DNA of 64,000 nucleotides from Thermoplasmata archaeon (GCA_021790425.1 JAJYEA010000007.1:696-64695), one strand, 5' to 3'. Numbered from the stretch's first letter, positions 44,545 through 54,246 are shown. Translations and numbers: made by a program. Notes: generated from the sequence alone by a model not told the origin.

Positions 44545-44931
44545 TCAGTCGAGGTTGATCTGCCGCCGTCCCATCGTGGAGATGTAGGGTACCTCGTTAC
44601 CGGGCTTCAAGCGCTCCTTGAGCTCGCCCTTCAGGGGGAGGTTGAAGGTCTCGTAGCTCTCCATGTCCATGAGCTGGACTTCCTCCTCCGACAACGAGAG
44701 GACCTGGGCGGTGCGCTTGTTGATGATCGGGACCTGCACCTTGTGCTTGACAGGGTGCACCACGGAGCGCTTGTTGCCGTCGAAGATACCGACGGCGTCG
44801 ATCCGGGCCTTCGCTTCACCGTGCTTCCCCGGTTTGGAGGTTTGGATGGACAGAATTTTGCAGGGCTCGTTGTCCACGATCATGTACCGTCCTTCCTTGA
44901 GCTCTCTCACTTCAGCCTGCGTCCACGCCAT
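44545..44931 (-). CDS. Translation initiation factor 5A (aIF-5A)
   Basis: Start MAWTQAEV. Hypusination loop [11 protein letters not shown], plus the SH3-like and OB domains. The stop is 53 nt before the giant coiled-coil gene. Confidence 0.9.
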   Translation of the reverse strand: MAWTQAEVRELKEGRYMIVDNEPCKILSIQTSKPGKHGEAKARIDAVGIFDGNKRSVVHPVKHKVQVPIINKRTAQVLSLSEEEVQLMDMESYETFNLPLKGELKERLKPGNEVPYISTMGRRQINLD

Positions 44932-45099
44932 CTCTGTAGCCTCTACTGGTGTGAGGGGAAGGGTCGTCAGATAAAAAGCCAACCCCTTGACTCCGGGGTC
45001 AACTTCGCTCGACTCGCCCCAAGGAGAGTTGTCGCGGGACCGGCCGGACAACCGGTCCCCGACCGAAAACAGGCCCGTTTCTTCCGGTGCAAGACAAAT

Positions 45100-45109
45100 G
45101 TTTATATAG
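45100..45109 (+). promoter_or_regulatory. TATA box for the RHH regulator gene
   Basis: gtttatatag ~30 nt upstream of the ATG at 45135. Confidence 0.45.
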
Positions 45110-45134
45110 GCGTACTACAATATGTATTACGCCG

Positions 45135-45530
45135 ATGCAGCCGAGGGGGTTGGTGAGTGTCCGCCTCACCGAGGAAGAGACACGTCAACTCGACCTCCTC
45201 GCCATTACCTGGGGGCTCCCGACGCGGTCCGACGTACTACGCGTCTTGATCCAGCGGGCGGAGAAGCTCTCTCCCCCCGGCGAAGAGCCGATCGAACTTC
45301 CTCCCATGCTCGTGAACTCCCTCGAGCATCTCATGGAGAACGGCTGGGCCCGGACGCTCTCGGAGGCGGTCACGAAGGCCGCCGACCGGGGCCTCACGGT
45401 CCTGGTGGAGGAGTACGGGGCTCGCGAGAACCGCATGGACGAGATCGCGGCAGCCTTGCACAAGCGGTCCTCGGACCGGAAATCGATGGCACCCAGTGGT
45501 GACCGATTGTTGAAAGGGAGGCAGGAGTAA
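45135..45530 (+). CDS. Ribbon-helix-helix (CopG/Arc-like) DNA-binding protein
   Basis: Start MQPRGL; VSVRLTEEETRQLDLLAITWGLPTRSDVLRVLI is an RHH motif. A TATA tttatata lies ~30 nt upstream. Confidence 0.65.
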   Translation: MQPRGLVSVRLTEEETRQLDLLAITWGLPTRSDVLRVLIQRAEKLSPPGEEPIELPPMLVNSLEHLMENGWARTLSEAVTKAADRGLTVLVEEYGARENRMDEIAAALHKRSSDRKSMAPSGDRLLKGRQE

Positions 45531-45531
45531 G

Positions 45532-45729
45532 ATGCTGTCAAATGAGAGCGTTGGGCGAGCACCGATTCCCGACCGCGGCGCGATCGTACAGGGAGCGATC
45601 CTCGTCTGTCGCACATGCCGGATGGAAGCCACACACAACAAGACCCTGCGGCTGAGCTACTGTCCCATCCACGGGTTTGACAGCGCCCTTGACTACCGGG
45701 TGACCTCCTTCCGACAGGCCCCGAGCTGA
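45532..45729 (+). CDS. Possible small Cys-containing protein (CRTC...CPIH)
   Basis: 65 aa, 1 nt after the RHH stop, with a four-Cys/His zinc-ribbon-like arrangement. Weak. Confidence 0.3.
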   Translation: MLSNESVGRAPIPDRGAIVQGAILVCRTCRMEATHNKTLRLSYCPIHGFDSALDYRVTSFRQAPS

Positions 45730-46336
45730 GAGCGGCCACCCGCCACGCGTGTGGCCGCAGGATGGCATTGTGTAGGGCGGGCCGCTCCTGCGGCCATCCG
45801 TGCAGAGTGCCGAGGGTGGTACGGGAAGCGGCTTCGGAGAGGTCGGACCAGTCTAGGGCCCTTTCTGGGAGAGGTAGGGCGCAACAGTGAGGTCCACCCC
45901 CACGAGCACGAGGGTCATTGCGAGAAGGACAAGCCAGGTCTTGAAGAGGTAATCCGCAAGGAGGATCAGGAATGGGGTGACCACTCCGAGAATTAGCCCC
46001 CGATTCCTTGCCGTGGCGACAACAACGGGATGCTTTCCAGTCCCCTACACGAGTACCCTCGCAGAAACCCCGGGAGGACAAGCTCCTTGGAGGACGGCGT
46101 TCCTTCCCCCTCACAGGGAGAAGGCGGCCCGTCTGCTGTCGTGCGATGCGAGGCTGGCGGTCGCTCTAAAGGACGGTTCCCTCTTCGAGCAGACGTACTC
46201 GCTCCTGTCGTGCGGGCCCTCATCCAGCGGGTCCTCTCACCGACCGGGACGATCCCGGCACGCGAACGGTTTCATTTGCGGGTAGAGGCTAAATAGTGTT
46301 ACGACTAACAGGGTCCCGCAGGAAGGCGACAGAGCA

Positions 46337-47629
46337 ATGGCAGAGAAACCCCACCTGAACCTTGTGTTCATTGGCCACGTCGATCACGGAAAGTCCACGA
46401 CCGTCGGACGCATCCTTTTGGATGCCGGCATCATCCGCCAGGAGGAGGTCGACAAGTTCCGGGCCGAGGCCGAGGCCAAGGGAAAGGCCACCTTCGAGTT
46501 CGCCTGGGTCATGGATGACCTCAAGGAGGAGCGCGAGCGTGGTGTGACCATCGATGTGGCCCACCGCCGGTTCGACACGCAGAAGTACTACTTCACCATC
46601 ATCGATGCCCCGGGCCACCGGGACTTCGTCAAGAACATGATCACCGGTGCGAGCCAGGCCGACGCGGCCGTGCTCGTGTGCTCCGCCGCCGAGGGTGTGC
46701 AGGAGCAGACCCGGGAGCACGTGTTCCTCTCCCGGACGCTCGGGATCCGCCAGCTCATCGCGGCGGTCAACAAGATGGACCGGCAGGAGGTCCAGTACTC
46801 CGAGAAGAAGTTCAACGAGACGAAGGAGGAGCTCTCGAAGCTCCTGAAGGGCGTCGGCTTCCGTATCCCGGAGGACGTGACCTTCATCCCCATCTCGGCC
46901 TTCAAGGACGACAACATCAACAAGGCCTCTCCCAACATGACGTGGTACAAGGGCCCGACCCTCATGCAGGCCCTCGACGCCCTCAAGGTCCCGGAGAAGC
47001 CGGTCGACAAGCCGCTCCGCCTGCCCATCCAGGACGTCTACACCATCACCGGGATCGGAACCGTCCCCGTCGGCCGCGTCGAGACGGGCCGGCTCAAGAT
47101 CGGTGACAAGGTCGTCTTCATGCCCTCGGGCAAGACGGGCGAAGTGAAGAGCATCGAGATGCACCACGAGCAGCTGCAGCAGGCCGAGCCCGGCGACAAC
47201 GTCGGGTTCAACGTGCGCGGCATCGACAAGAACGACATCAAGCGCGGCGACGTCGTGGGACCGTCCTCGAGCCCCCCCACCGTGGTCGAGAGCTTCACGG
47301 CCCAGGTCCAGATCCTGAACCACCCGTCCATCGTCACGGAGGGGTACACCCCCGTGTTCCACTGCCACACCGCCCACGTGGCCTGTGAGTTCACCGAGAT
47401 CCAGAAGAAGCTGAACCCGAAGACCGGGCAGCCGATGGAGGAGCGCTCTCCCGACAAGGTCATCACCCTCCAGACGGGGGACGCGGCGATCGTGAAGATC
47501 ACCCCGACCCGCCCGCTCGTGGTCGAGAAGTACAAGGAACTCCCCCAGCTGGGCCGCTTCGCCATCCGTGACATGGGCCAGACCGTCGCGGCGGGCGTCG
47601 TCATCGACGTCAAGAAGCGCGAGGGTTGA
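46337..47629 (+). CDS. tuf: Elongation factor 1-alpha
   Basis: [21 protein letters not shown]; 430 aa, archaeal length. Confidence 0.97.
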   Translation: MAEKPHLNLVFIGHVDHGKSTTVGRILLDAGIIRQEEVDKFRAEAEAKGKATFEFAWVMDDLKEERERGVTIDVAHRRFDTQKYYFTIIDAPGHRDFVKNMITGASQADAAVLVCSAAEGVQEQTREHVFLSRTLGIRQLIAAVNKMDRQEVQYSEKKFNETKEELSKLLKGVGFRIPEDVTFIPISAFKDDNINKASPNMTWYKGPTLMQALDALKVPEKPVDKPLRLPIQDVYTITGIGTVPVGRVETGRLKIGDKVVFMPSGKTGEVKSIEMHHEQLQQAEPGDNVGFNVRGIDKNDIKRGDVVGPSSSPPTVVESFTAQVQILNHPSIVTEGYTPVFHCHTAHVACEFTEIQKKLNPKTGQPMEERSPDKVITLQTGDAAIVKITPTRPLVVEKYKELPQLGRFAIRDMGQTVAAGVVIDVKKREG

Positions 47630-47943
47630 TGCCCCAGCCGAAGGCACGTATCTCACTGAGCGGCCGGGACCCGGCCCGCGTGGACTCCGTCTGCAAGCAG
47701 ATTCGCGACATCTCCAGCAAGACCGGCATCGAGATGGCCGGACCGATCCCCCTGCCCACCAAGCGCCTCAAGGTGCCGGTGCGGAAGGGACCCGACGGCG
47801 GTGGGTCCAGCACGATCGACCACTGGGAGATGCGCATCCACAAGCGGCTCATCGACATCGATGCCGATGAGCGGGCCCTGCGCCAGATCATGCGTATCCA
47901 GGTCCCCGACGGGGTCAACATCGAGATCGTCCTCAAAGCCTGA
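47626..47943 (+). CDS. rps10: 30S ribosomal protein S10 (uS10)
   Basis: ATGA overlap with tuf. KARISLSG...[12 protein letters not shown]...[17 protein letters not shown]. Confidence 0.93.
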   Translation: MMPQPKARISLSGRDPARVDSVCKQIRDISSKTGIEMAGPIPLPTKRLKVPVRKGPDGGGSSTIDHWEMRIHKRLIDIDADERALRQIMRIQVPDGVNIEIVLKA

Positions 47944-48003
47944 GCGCGCGGAACGTCCACCGCCCCCCGCGAGCTTTACGAGCCGGGAGGACTTCCGGAC
48001 ACC

Positions 48004-48618
48004 GTGTTCGCCCAGGCCGGACGCCCCTGGATCCTCTTCGACGCGCTCCTCGTGGCTGCCCTCAGCCTGGTCAACCTCTGGACCGGCTGGGAGCCCGCCC
48101 TGTACCTGGCCTCGGTGGCGGTCGGGGTCCTCTTCCTCTTCCTGATCTTCTTCCGCGACCCGGAGCGGACCGTCGCCTCCGGGATCGTGGCCCCCGCGGA
48201 CGGCCGTGTGCTCCGGGTGGCCCGGGAGGGGACGCGCATCCGCGTGGCGACGTTCATGAACGTGACGAACGTCCACGTGAACCGCGTGCCCTTCCAGGGG
48301 TACCTCCTCCGCGTGGACGACCGCGGGGGCCCGAAGCGACCCGCCTTCTCTCCCGAGGCCTCGGGGAATGCGCAGAAGCGCTACCTCTGCGTCACCCCCA
48401 TCGGGCTCATCGAGGTGGTCCAGATCACGGGCCTGGTCGCGCGCCGATGCGTCTCCTACCTTCCGGACGGGAGCCCGCTCCGGCGGGGCGAGCGGTTCGG
48501 GATGATCCTCTTCGGCTCGCGGGTGGACGTCGTGCTCCCCGCGGACCGGGTACGGGTCACAGTCAAGGTGGGACAGAAGGTCCATGCCGGCACGACCTCC
48601 TTGGCGGTGGTCCAGTGA
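48004..48618 (+). CDS. asd: Phosphatidylserine decarboxylase-related protein (archaetidylserine decarboxylase proenzyme)
   Basis: N-terminal TM region; the C-terminal GERFGMILFGSRVDVVLP matches the PSD-family self-cleavage region (FGS). Confidence 0.75.
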   Translation: MFAQAGRPWILFDALLVAALSLVNLWTGWEPALYLASVAVGVLFLFLIFFRDPERTVASGIVAPADGRVLRVAREGTRIRVATFMNVTNVHVNRVPFQGYLLRVDDRGGPKRPAFSPEASGNAQKRYLCVTPIGLIEVVQITGLVARRCVSYLPDGSPLRRGERFGMILFGSRVDVVLPADRVRVTVKVGQKVHAGTTSLAVVQ

Positions 48619-49457
48619 GCGGGCCCGCTCCCGGACCGACAGGCACGGGACGAACGGGAGGCCGCCGGCCGGTGCGTCACCCGCGTCTCTGGAGGGCCTA
48701 TGCCAACCTCGCCACCCTCGCCAACGGGCTCTGCGGCGCGGGCGCCATCGCGTACGTGGTGCTGGGGAACAAGCTCTTCGCACTGGCCCTCGTCTTCATC
48801 GGCATAGGGTGGGACGGCCTCGACGGCTTCTTCTCCCGGAGGTCCGGTCTCCCTCCCAACCTCTTCGGGCGGGTGGCGGACTCGGTCGCGGATGCGGTGA
48901 CGTTCGCGCTCGCGCCTGCGGCCATCATCTTCTTCGACAACTACCCGCGCTCCGCCTGGGCGGCGTACGACGGGGCCTCCCTCGCGGTCGCGGTCCTGGT
49001 CGGAGGGCTTGCGATCGCCCGGCTCGTCTACTTCACCGTCAGGGCGCACGCCCTGCCGCACTTCCTGGGGGCCTCGACCCCGCAGAACGCGCTGGCCCTC
49101 GCCCTGCTCGTGCTCCTGTTGCAGAACCCGGCGTACCTCACGCTCTCCCCGCCGCTCTTCCTGGTGTTGGCGGCGCTCCTCGCGATCGTCATGGTCCTCC
49201 CTATCCCCTACCCCAAGATGCGGGGCCACGCGTCCCTGCGTGCCCTGGTGGTCGCCATGACCGTGACGGACGTCTTCGCCCTCGCCATCCCGAACTTCCG
49301 GCCGGACGCCGGGACCGTCCCCTATCTCGCGGCGGAGGCGATGGCCATCGTGGCCATGGCGCTATTGTTGACCTTTTATGGTATGGGCCCCTGGGTCGCA
49401 CGAAATGACGCCGTCCAGAAAGACCCGAGCGCCCCGCGGACGGGTGCGAACCCGTAG
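48615..49457 (+). CDS. CDP-alcohol phosphatidyltransferase (archaetidylserine synthase-like)
   Basis: GTGA overlap with the asd stop. DGLDGFFSRRSG...GRVADSVADAV corresponds to the D-G-x2-A-R...G-x3-D-x3-D motif. Polytopic. Confidence 0.8.
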   Translation: MSGPAPGPTGTGRTGGRRPVRHPRLWRAYANLATLANGLCGAGAIAYVVLGNKLFALALVFIGIGWDGLDGFFSRRSGLPPNLFGRVADSVADAVTFALAPAAIIFFDNYPRSAWAAYDGASLAVAVLVGGLAIARLVYFTVRAHALPHFLGASTPQNALALALLVLLLQNPAYLTLSPPLFLVLAALLAIVMVLPIPYPKMRGHASLRALVVAMTVTDVFALAIPNFRPDAGTVPYLAAEAMAIVAMALLLTFYGMGPWVARNDAVQKDPSAPRTGANP

Positions 49458-49836
49458 TCCCCCGCGCGTCATCGCCCAGGGGAGCCGCCTCCCCTCGGAG
49501 AGGGAACAGGCGCTCTTCGAGGCCGGGATCAAGCTGGGAGGGATCTTCCACCAGTTCATCGGGGTGCCGGTGGCCGCCCGCACCGCCGCCAGCCTGGCGC
49601 AGGCGATCGAGGAGGCGGTCGGTCTCCAGCCCTTCGTGATCTCCGTCCGCGTCTCCATCGACCCCGCGAGGGGAGGCCCGGCCGGGACCGGGCGGTTCGG
49701 CTACCGCTATCTCGTGGCCGAGATGTTGCACGCCGAGGTCCAGATACGGGTCGGCCGTGCCGAGGTAAGCGCGGCGCTCACCTTCCGCGAGGACCTCAAC
49801 TATCCGCTCATGCGCGTGCTCTCGGTGACCGGCTAG
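49444..49836 (+). CDS. Small conserved protein, possibly archaeal dihydroneopterin aldolase (MptD)-like
   Basis: GIKLGGIFHQFIGVPV...AIEEAVGLQPFVISVRV; the start is uncertain (a GTG overlaps the end of the previous gene by 12 nt). Confidence 0.35.
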   Translation: MRTRSPPRVIAQGSRLPSEREQALFEAGIKLGGIFHQFIGVPVAARTAASLAQAIEEAVGLQPFVISVRVSIDPARGGPAGTGRFGYRYLVAEMLHAEVQIRVGRAEVSAALTFREDLNYPLMRVLSVTG

Positions 49837-49875
49837 CGGCCTTCCCGGGGACGGTCGTCCCTCCGGTCGCCGGGC

Positions 49876-51042
49876 TCACCGGGACCCTGCGACCACCCCG
49901 GTCCGGTCCTCGGGAAGCTGTCGCGGGGGCCTGCCGACGTAACGTGCCTGGGGGCAGATGAGACGTAGATCGGCGTATTCCTCCATGATGTGGGCGGTCC
50001 AGCCCGGCATCCGGGCGGCCGCAAAGATCGACCCGTGGAGCTCGCGGGAAATACCGAGGGAATGGTAGATGGACCCGGAATAGAGGTCCACGTTGGGGAA
50101 CAGCCCCCGGTGTTTCCGCACGCTCCGCTCCACTTCCGTCAGGATGTCGTGGATGCGGGAGTCCCCGGTGCGCTCCGCGCGCTCGCGGGAGAGTTCGCGG
50201 AGCACGGTGGCTCGGGGGTCCTCGCCCCGATAGACCCGGTGGCCGAAGCCCATGATGCGCTCTCGCCGCTCGAGCTTGGCCCGGATGAACCGGTCGGCAT
50301 CCTCCGGTTTACCGATGGACTCCACCATCTCCATCACCTGCTCCCCCGCCCCTCCGTGCAGCGGACCCTTGAGCGTGGCGATAGCGCTGGTGACCCCGCT
50401 CACCATGTCGGCGGAGGTGCTGGCCGCGACCCGCGCCGCGAACGTGCTGGTGTTCATCTCGTGGTCCGCATGGAGCACGAGGACGGACTCGAAGACCCGG
50501 TTCTCCTCCTGGGACCGGATCGAGCCGGTCAGTCTCCGGAGGAAATCCTCGCTATGCGAGAGGGAGGGGTCCGGGTCAAGGGGGGCCATCCCCTTGCCCA
50601 ACCGCACGAGATCGGTGATGAGCGTGGGTGCCAGGGAAGTGAGGCGCTCCGCCATCTCGCGCTGAGCCGCGCCGTCGGTGCCCGGGGACGGGGCATCGTG
50701 AGGAGACAATGCGCTCATCGCGGTCCGGAGCGCATCCAGCGGAGCCATGTCCCTCGGGATTTGCGGGAGGAACGTGCGGAGTCCCGGAGGACATTTCCGC
50801 ATGGACGCCAGCCTATGCAGAAGGTTGTTGCGCTGCGAAAGAGTCGGCAGCTCGCCGGTCCAGAGGAGTTCGGCCACATCCTCGAACGTCGAGTGGCGTG
50901 CCAGCTCGGTGACATCGTACCCTCGATAGTACAGCTTGTTCGAGGCTCCGTCGAGGAGCGTGATCGAGGAGTCGCTCTCGATGACGCCCTCGAGGCCGCG
51001 CGCGACCTCCTTCGAACGCGGGTTGCCAGTTGATCGCGCCAT
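49876..51042 (-). CDS. Citrate synthase
   Basis: Catalytic His and Asp contexts GFGHRVY, LVLHADHE and LYSGSIYHSLGI; 388 aa, archaeal/short type. Confidence 0.93.
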   Translation of the reverse strand: MARSTGNPRSKEVARGLEGVIESDSSITLLDGASNKLYYRGYDVTELARHSTFEDVAELLWTGELPTLSQRNNLLHRLASMRKCPPGLRTFLPQIPRDMAPLDALRTAMSALSPHDAPSPGTDGAAQREMAERLTSLAPTLITDLVRLGKGMAPLDPDPSLSHSEDFLRRLTGSIRSQEENRVFESVLVLHADHEMNTSTFAARVAASTSADMVSGVTSAIATLKGPLHGGAGEQVMEMVESIGKPEDADRFIRAKLERRERIMGFGHRVYRGEDPRATVLRELSRERAERTGDSRIHDILTEVERSVRKHRGLFPNVDLYSGSIYHSLGISRELHGSIFAAARMPGWTAHIMEEYADLRLICPQARYVGRPPRQLPEDRTGVVAGSR

Positions 51043-51114
51043 CTTTCGGTCGAAACCGCTTCCAATGGAACGCGCACTTTAAGTACCCCTCCGAGCAATT
51101 CTGTTGTCTGACAG

Positions 51115-51570
51115 ATGTCCGACGGACCCTTCTACCCGGAATACAAACCGCGAAAGGTCGGTGACATCTGGTCGCTCAAGAAGATCGTGGAGCAGGTCAC
51201 CGGCAAGCCGCTCTCCTCATTCCAAGATCCGGTGAAGACCGTGCGGCCGGAACCGGATTACGTGAACCCGCCTCCACCTCGCGCACCCCCCGTCACGTCG
51301 TTCCTGGCCCGACCGGATCCCGACACGCTGCCGACGCTCCCCGAGCTTGATGCTCCCCCCCGGCGGGTGCTCACATATCACACCGTCTCCTCGTCCCGGC
51401 CATCGCACAGGTCGCCGGCGGACCTGGAGCGCAAGTACCTCGCCTACCTGATGCTCCACCTCGATTCCCTGAGCGACCCGGCGCTCCGGTACCTGCGGCA
51501 GGCCGTGGAAGATGAGTACCACGGACGAGGCGAAGAGCAGCGCAAGCCCGCCCGCCGCGCGCGGCGCTGA
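51115..51570 (+). CDS. Hypothetical Pro-rich protein
   Basis: 151-aa ORF with coding-like GC3 in the gap between citrate synthase and the thermosome; no recognisable domain. Confidence 0.4.
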   Translation: MSDGPFYPEYKPRKVGDIWSLKKIVEQVTGKPLSSFQDPVKTVRPEPDYVNPPPPRAPPVTSFLARPDPDTLPTLPELDAPPRRVLTYHTVSSSRPSHRSPADLERKYLAYLMLHLDSLSDPALRYLRQAVEDEYHGRGEEQRKPARRARR

Positions 51571-51604
51571 GGGTCGGCCACCGCTCTTCCTCGCTCAGGA
51601 AGGG

Positions 51605-51612
51605 TTTATATA
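51605..51612 (+). promoter_or_regulatory. TATA box of the thermosome gene
   Basis: tttatata ~40 nt before the ATG, with a GAGG SD-like element between. Confidence 0.45.
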
Positions 51613-51648
51613 GAAGAACTAACTTACTCCCGCCCGAGGTTTTGCACC

Positions 51649-53271
51649 ATGATGCAGAGCGCAGGGACTCCGATACTGGTACTTCGAGAGGGTAGCGAAC
51701 GCGAGAAGGGCAAGGGCGCGACATCGAGCAACGTGGCGGCCGCGAAGGCGATCGCCGACACGGTGAAGAGCACCCTGGGTCCGCGGGGCATGGACAAGAT
51801 GCTCGTTGGCGGGATGGGGGACATCACCATCACGAACGACGGGGTAACGATCCTCAAGGAGCTCGAGGTCGAGCATCCTGCGGCGAAGATGATGGTCGAG
51901 GTCGCCAAGACCCAGGACCAGCAGTGCGGGGACGGAACCACGTCCGCCGTGGTCCTCGCCGGGGAGTTCCTCAAGCGCTCCGAGCCGCTCCTCGACCAGA
52001 ACGTCCACCCCACCGTCCTTACTCGCGGATTCTCCGTTGCGCTCCAGGAGGCGGAGCGGATTCTGAAGGAGGAGATCGGCATCCCCGTCAAGGACGACGA
52101 CACGTCCGGCCTCATCACCGTCGCGAACACGGCCATGAACTCCAAGGGGGTCGATGGCAAGGAAGGGCTCGCGGAGAAGGTGGTCAAGGCCGTCAAGACC
52201 ATCGCCGAGAAGCGCGACCACCGGACGGTCGCGGACGTCACGCTCGTCCAGATCGTCAAGAAGACGGGTGGGACGATCTCCGATACGGAACTCATCGATG
52301 GGCTCGTGCTCGACAAGGAGCGCGGCCACCCCCGGATGCCCAAGGAGATCAAGAACGCGAAGATCGCGCTCCTCAACAGCGCCCTCGAGATCAAGAAGAC
52401 CGAGTTCGAGAGCAAGATCAACATCAAGTCCCCCGGCCAGATCCAGAACTTCCTCGACGAGGAGGACCGGACCTTCCGGGAGTACGTCGACCGGGTCAAG
52501 GGAGCCGGAGCCAACGTCGTGATCTGCCAGAAGGGGATCGACGACGTCGTGTTGCACTACCTGGCCAAGGCCGGAATCTACGCGATCAAGCAGGTCAAGG
52601 AGTCCGACATGCAGAAGCTCGCCCGCGCCACCGGGGCCCGGGTCGTCACCGGCATCCGCGAGCTCACCCCGAAGGACCTCGGATCCTCGGCGAAGGTCGA
52701 GGAGAAGAAGGTCGGGGACTCGGACATGACCTACGTGACCGGCTGCAACAACGCCCGCAGCGTCTGCCTGCTCATCCGCGGTGGAACGGAGCACGTGGCC
52801 GACGAGGTCGAGCGCTCCCTGCAAGACGCCCTCAAGGTGGTCTCGGCTACGGTGGAGGACGGCTTCATCTGCCCGGGAGGCGGCGCGACCGAGATGGAGC
52901 TCGCCATCAAGCTCCGGAAGTTCGCCCCGACCGTCGGCGGACGCGAGCAGCTCGCCGTCGAAGCCTTCGCCCAGGCCCTCGAGGTCATCCCGTGGGCCCT
53001 CACGGAGAACGCCGGGTTCGACGCCATCAACACGATCATCGAGCTCCGCCAGGCCCATGAGTCCGGCCACAAGAACGCGGGCGTCAACATCGAGAACGGA
53101 AAGACGCAGGACATGGTCGAGCGCAAGATCCTGGAGCCCCTCCGGGTGAAGACCCAGGCGCTCTCCTCGGCGACCGAGGCGGCCAACATGGTCCTCCGGA
53201 TCGACGACGTCATCGCGTCGAGGAAGTCGGGCGGCGCCGGCCCCATGCCCGGCGGCCACTCGCACGACTAG
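51649..53271 (+). CDS. ths: Thermosome subunit (group II chaperonin)
   Basis: GPRGMDKML, ITNDGVTIL, GDGTTS and an apical domain; the C-terminal GG(M)PGG tail is absent, ending ...GPMPGGHSHD. A TATA tttatata lies ~40 nt upstream, with GAGG before the ATG. Confidence 0.97.
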   Translation: MMQSAGTPILVLREGSEREKGKGATSSNVAAAKAIADTVKSTLGPRGMDKMLVGGMGDITITNDGVTILKELEVEHPAAKMMVEVAKTQDQQCGDGTTSAVVLAGEFLKRSEPLLDQNVHPTVLTRGFSVALQEAERILKEEIGIPVKDDDTSGLITVANTAMNSKGVDGKEGLAEKVVKAVKTIAEKRDHRTVADVTLVQIVKKTGGTISDTELIDGLVLDKERGHPRMPKEIKNAKIALLNSALEIKKTEFESKINIKSPGQIQNFLDEEDRTFREYVDRVKGAGANVVICQKGIDDVVLHYLAKAGIYAIKQVKESDMQKLARATGARVVTGIRELTPKDLGSSAKVEEKKVGDSDMTYVTGCNNARSVCLLIRGGTEHVADEVERSLQDALKVVSATVEDGFICPGGGATEMELAIKLRKFAPTVGGREQLAVEAFAQALEVIPWALTENAGFDAINTIIELRQAHESGHKNAGVNIENGKTQDMVERKILEPLRVKTQALSSATEAANMVLRIDDVIASRKSGGAGPMPGGHSHD

Positions 53272-53282
53272 ACCCGAACCAA

Positions 53283-53322
53283 CCCCTCCCCTGCGGAAGC
53301 GGGGGAGGCCCCTTTCGGGGGC
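53283..53322. terminator. Tandem GC-rich hairpins between the convergent thermosome and hydrolase genes
   Basis: cccctcccc-tgcggaagc-gggggagg followed by gcccc-tttc-ggggc. This could act as a bidirectional terminator, though archaeal terminators usually need T-tracts and only a short TTTC is present. Confidence 0.3.
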
Positions 53323-53400
53323 ATTGGGAGACCGTGCCTCCGTGTCGTTTTTCTCTGAGGGTTGCCCCGCTGTCCCACGGCAAGCGACCGGACCCCGGTT

Positions 53401-54207
53401 TCAGGGGATGGCCAAAGGCCGTTCCTTCGTGATGAACTCGAGGACGGCGGCGTTGAACTCCTCGGGGCGCTCGACGTTGACGATGTGCCCCGTGTCGGGA
53501 AGGAGCTTCACCTCGGCCCCCGGGATCGCCTGGCGCATCCGGCGGGCATAGGCCGGGTCCACGACCCGGTCGTTCAGACCGTGGATGGCGAGGGTGGGTA
53601 TCCGGATCTTCGGGAGCTCGCTGCGCACGTCGAACCCGAGGTTCCCGACGCCGGACGGGGCGATCCCGGCGAAGTTCCGGTGCTTCTGGGTCTCCAGGAA
53701 GTGGTCGACCTCCTTCTCGTGCTCCAGGAAGAAATCGAGCGTGAAGATGTCCTTCGTGACCCGGGACAGGTAGGCCTCCACCCCTTCCTTGCGGAAGATC
53801 TCCGCCCAGCGCTCGGCCACCGCGCGGGTGTCCGCATCGACCATCGGGGCGGTCGCCGCGAGGACGATGCCGCGGAGCCGGTCCGGGTGGTGCACCGCCA
53901 AGGCGAGGGTCACGAACCCTCCCGCGCTCAGTCCGACGACCCAGGTCTTGGCGATGCCCAGGGCATCGAGCAGGGCGACCACGTCGCGCGCATGGTCGAA
54001 CGGAGTGTACGTGGGCGTCTGGGGCATGTCGGAGCGGCCGTGTCCCCGTAGGTCGGGGGCGATCACGCGGAACTGCCGGGAGAAGGGTTCCATCTGGCCC
54101 TCCCACTCGTAGCAGTTGCCCCCCAGTCCGTGCAAGAAGACGATGGGGTCGCCGGTCCCCACGTCGAGGTAGTGCATCTTGAAGCCGTTGATGCGGGCTT
54201 CGGCCAT
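53401..54207 (-). CDS. Alpha/beta-fold hydrolase
   Basis: HGLGG, the nucleophile elbow GLSAGG and a C-terminal His; 268 aa. Confidence 0.85.
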   Translation of the reverse strand: MAEARINGFKMHYLDVGTGDPIVFLHGLGGNCYEWEGQMEPFSRQFRVIAPDLRGHGRSDMPQTPTYTPFDHARDVVALLDALGIAKTWVVGLSAGGFVTLALAVHHPDRLRGIVLAATAPMVDADTRAVAERWAEIFRKEGVEAYLSRVTKDIFTLDFFLEHEKEVDHFLETQKHRNFAGIAPSGVGNLGFDVRSELPKIRIPTLAIHGLNDRVVDPAYARRMRQAIPGAEVKLLPDTGHIVNVERPEEFNAAVLEFITKERPLAIP

Positions 54208-54246
54208 CGGCGCTTTGGCAGGCGCACCTTCTTTTAAACTCGCGCT

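Noticed and set aside
45185-46114. 309-aa minus-strand ORF
   Set aside because: Ser/Arg/Pro-rich. It is antisense to the RHH gene and runs through the ORF-poor region with no domain signal.
45740-46300. RNase P RNA (searched for P4 GGAAAGUCCGGGC and ACAGAAxCCGGCUUA)
   Set aside because: Only a partial GCAGAAACCCCGGG resemblance was found, with no complementary 5' P4 strand on either strand.
46300-46340. SRP-RNA-like motif GGAAGG...AGCAAUGG
   Set aside because: It coincides with the Shine-Dalgarno and start codon of tuf, and no surrounding helix-8 pairing was found.
46289-47656. 455-aa minus-strand ORF
   Set aside because: Antisense of tuf.
51619-53265. 548-aa minus-strand ORF
   Set aside because: Antisense of the thermosome gene.
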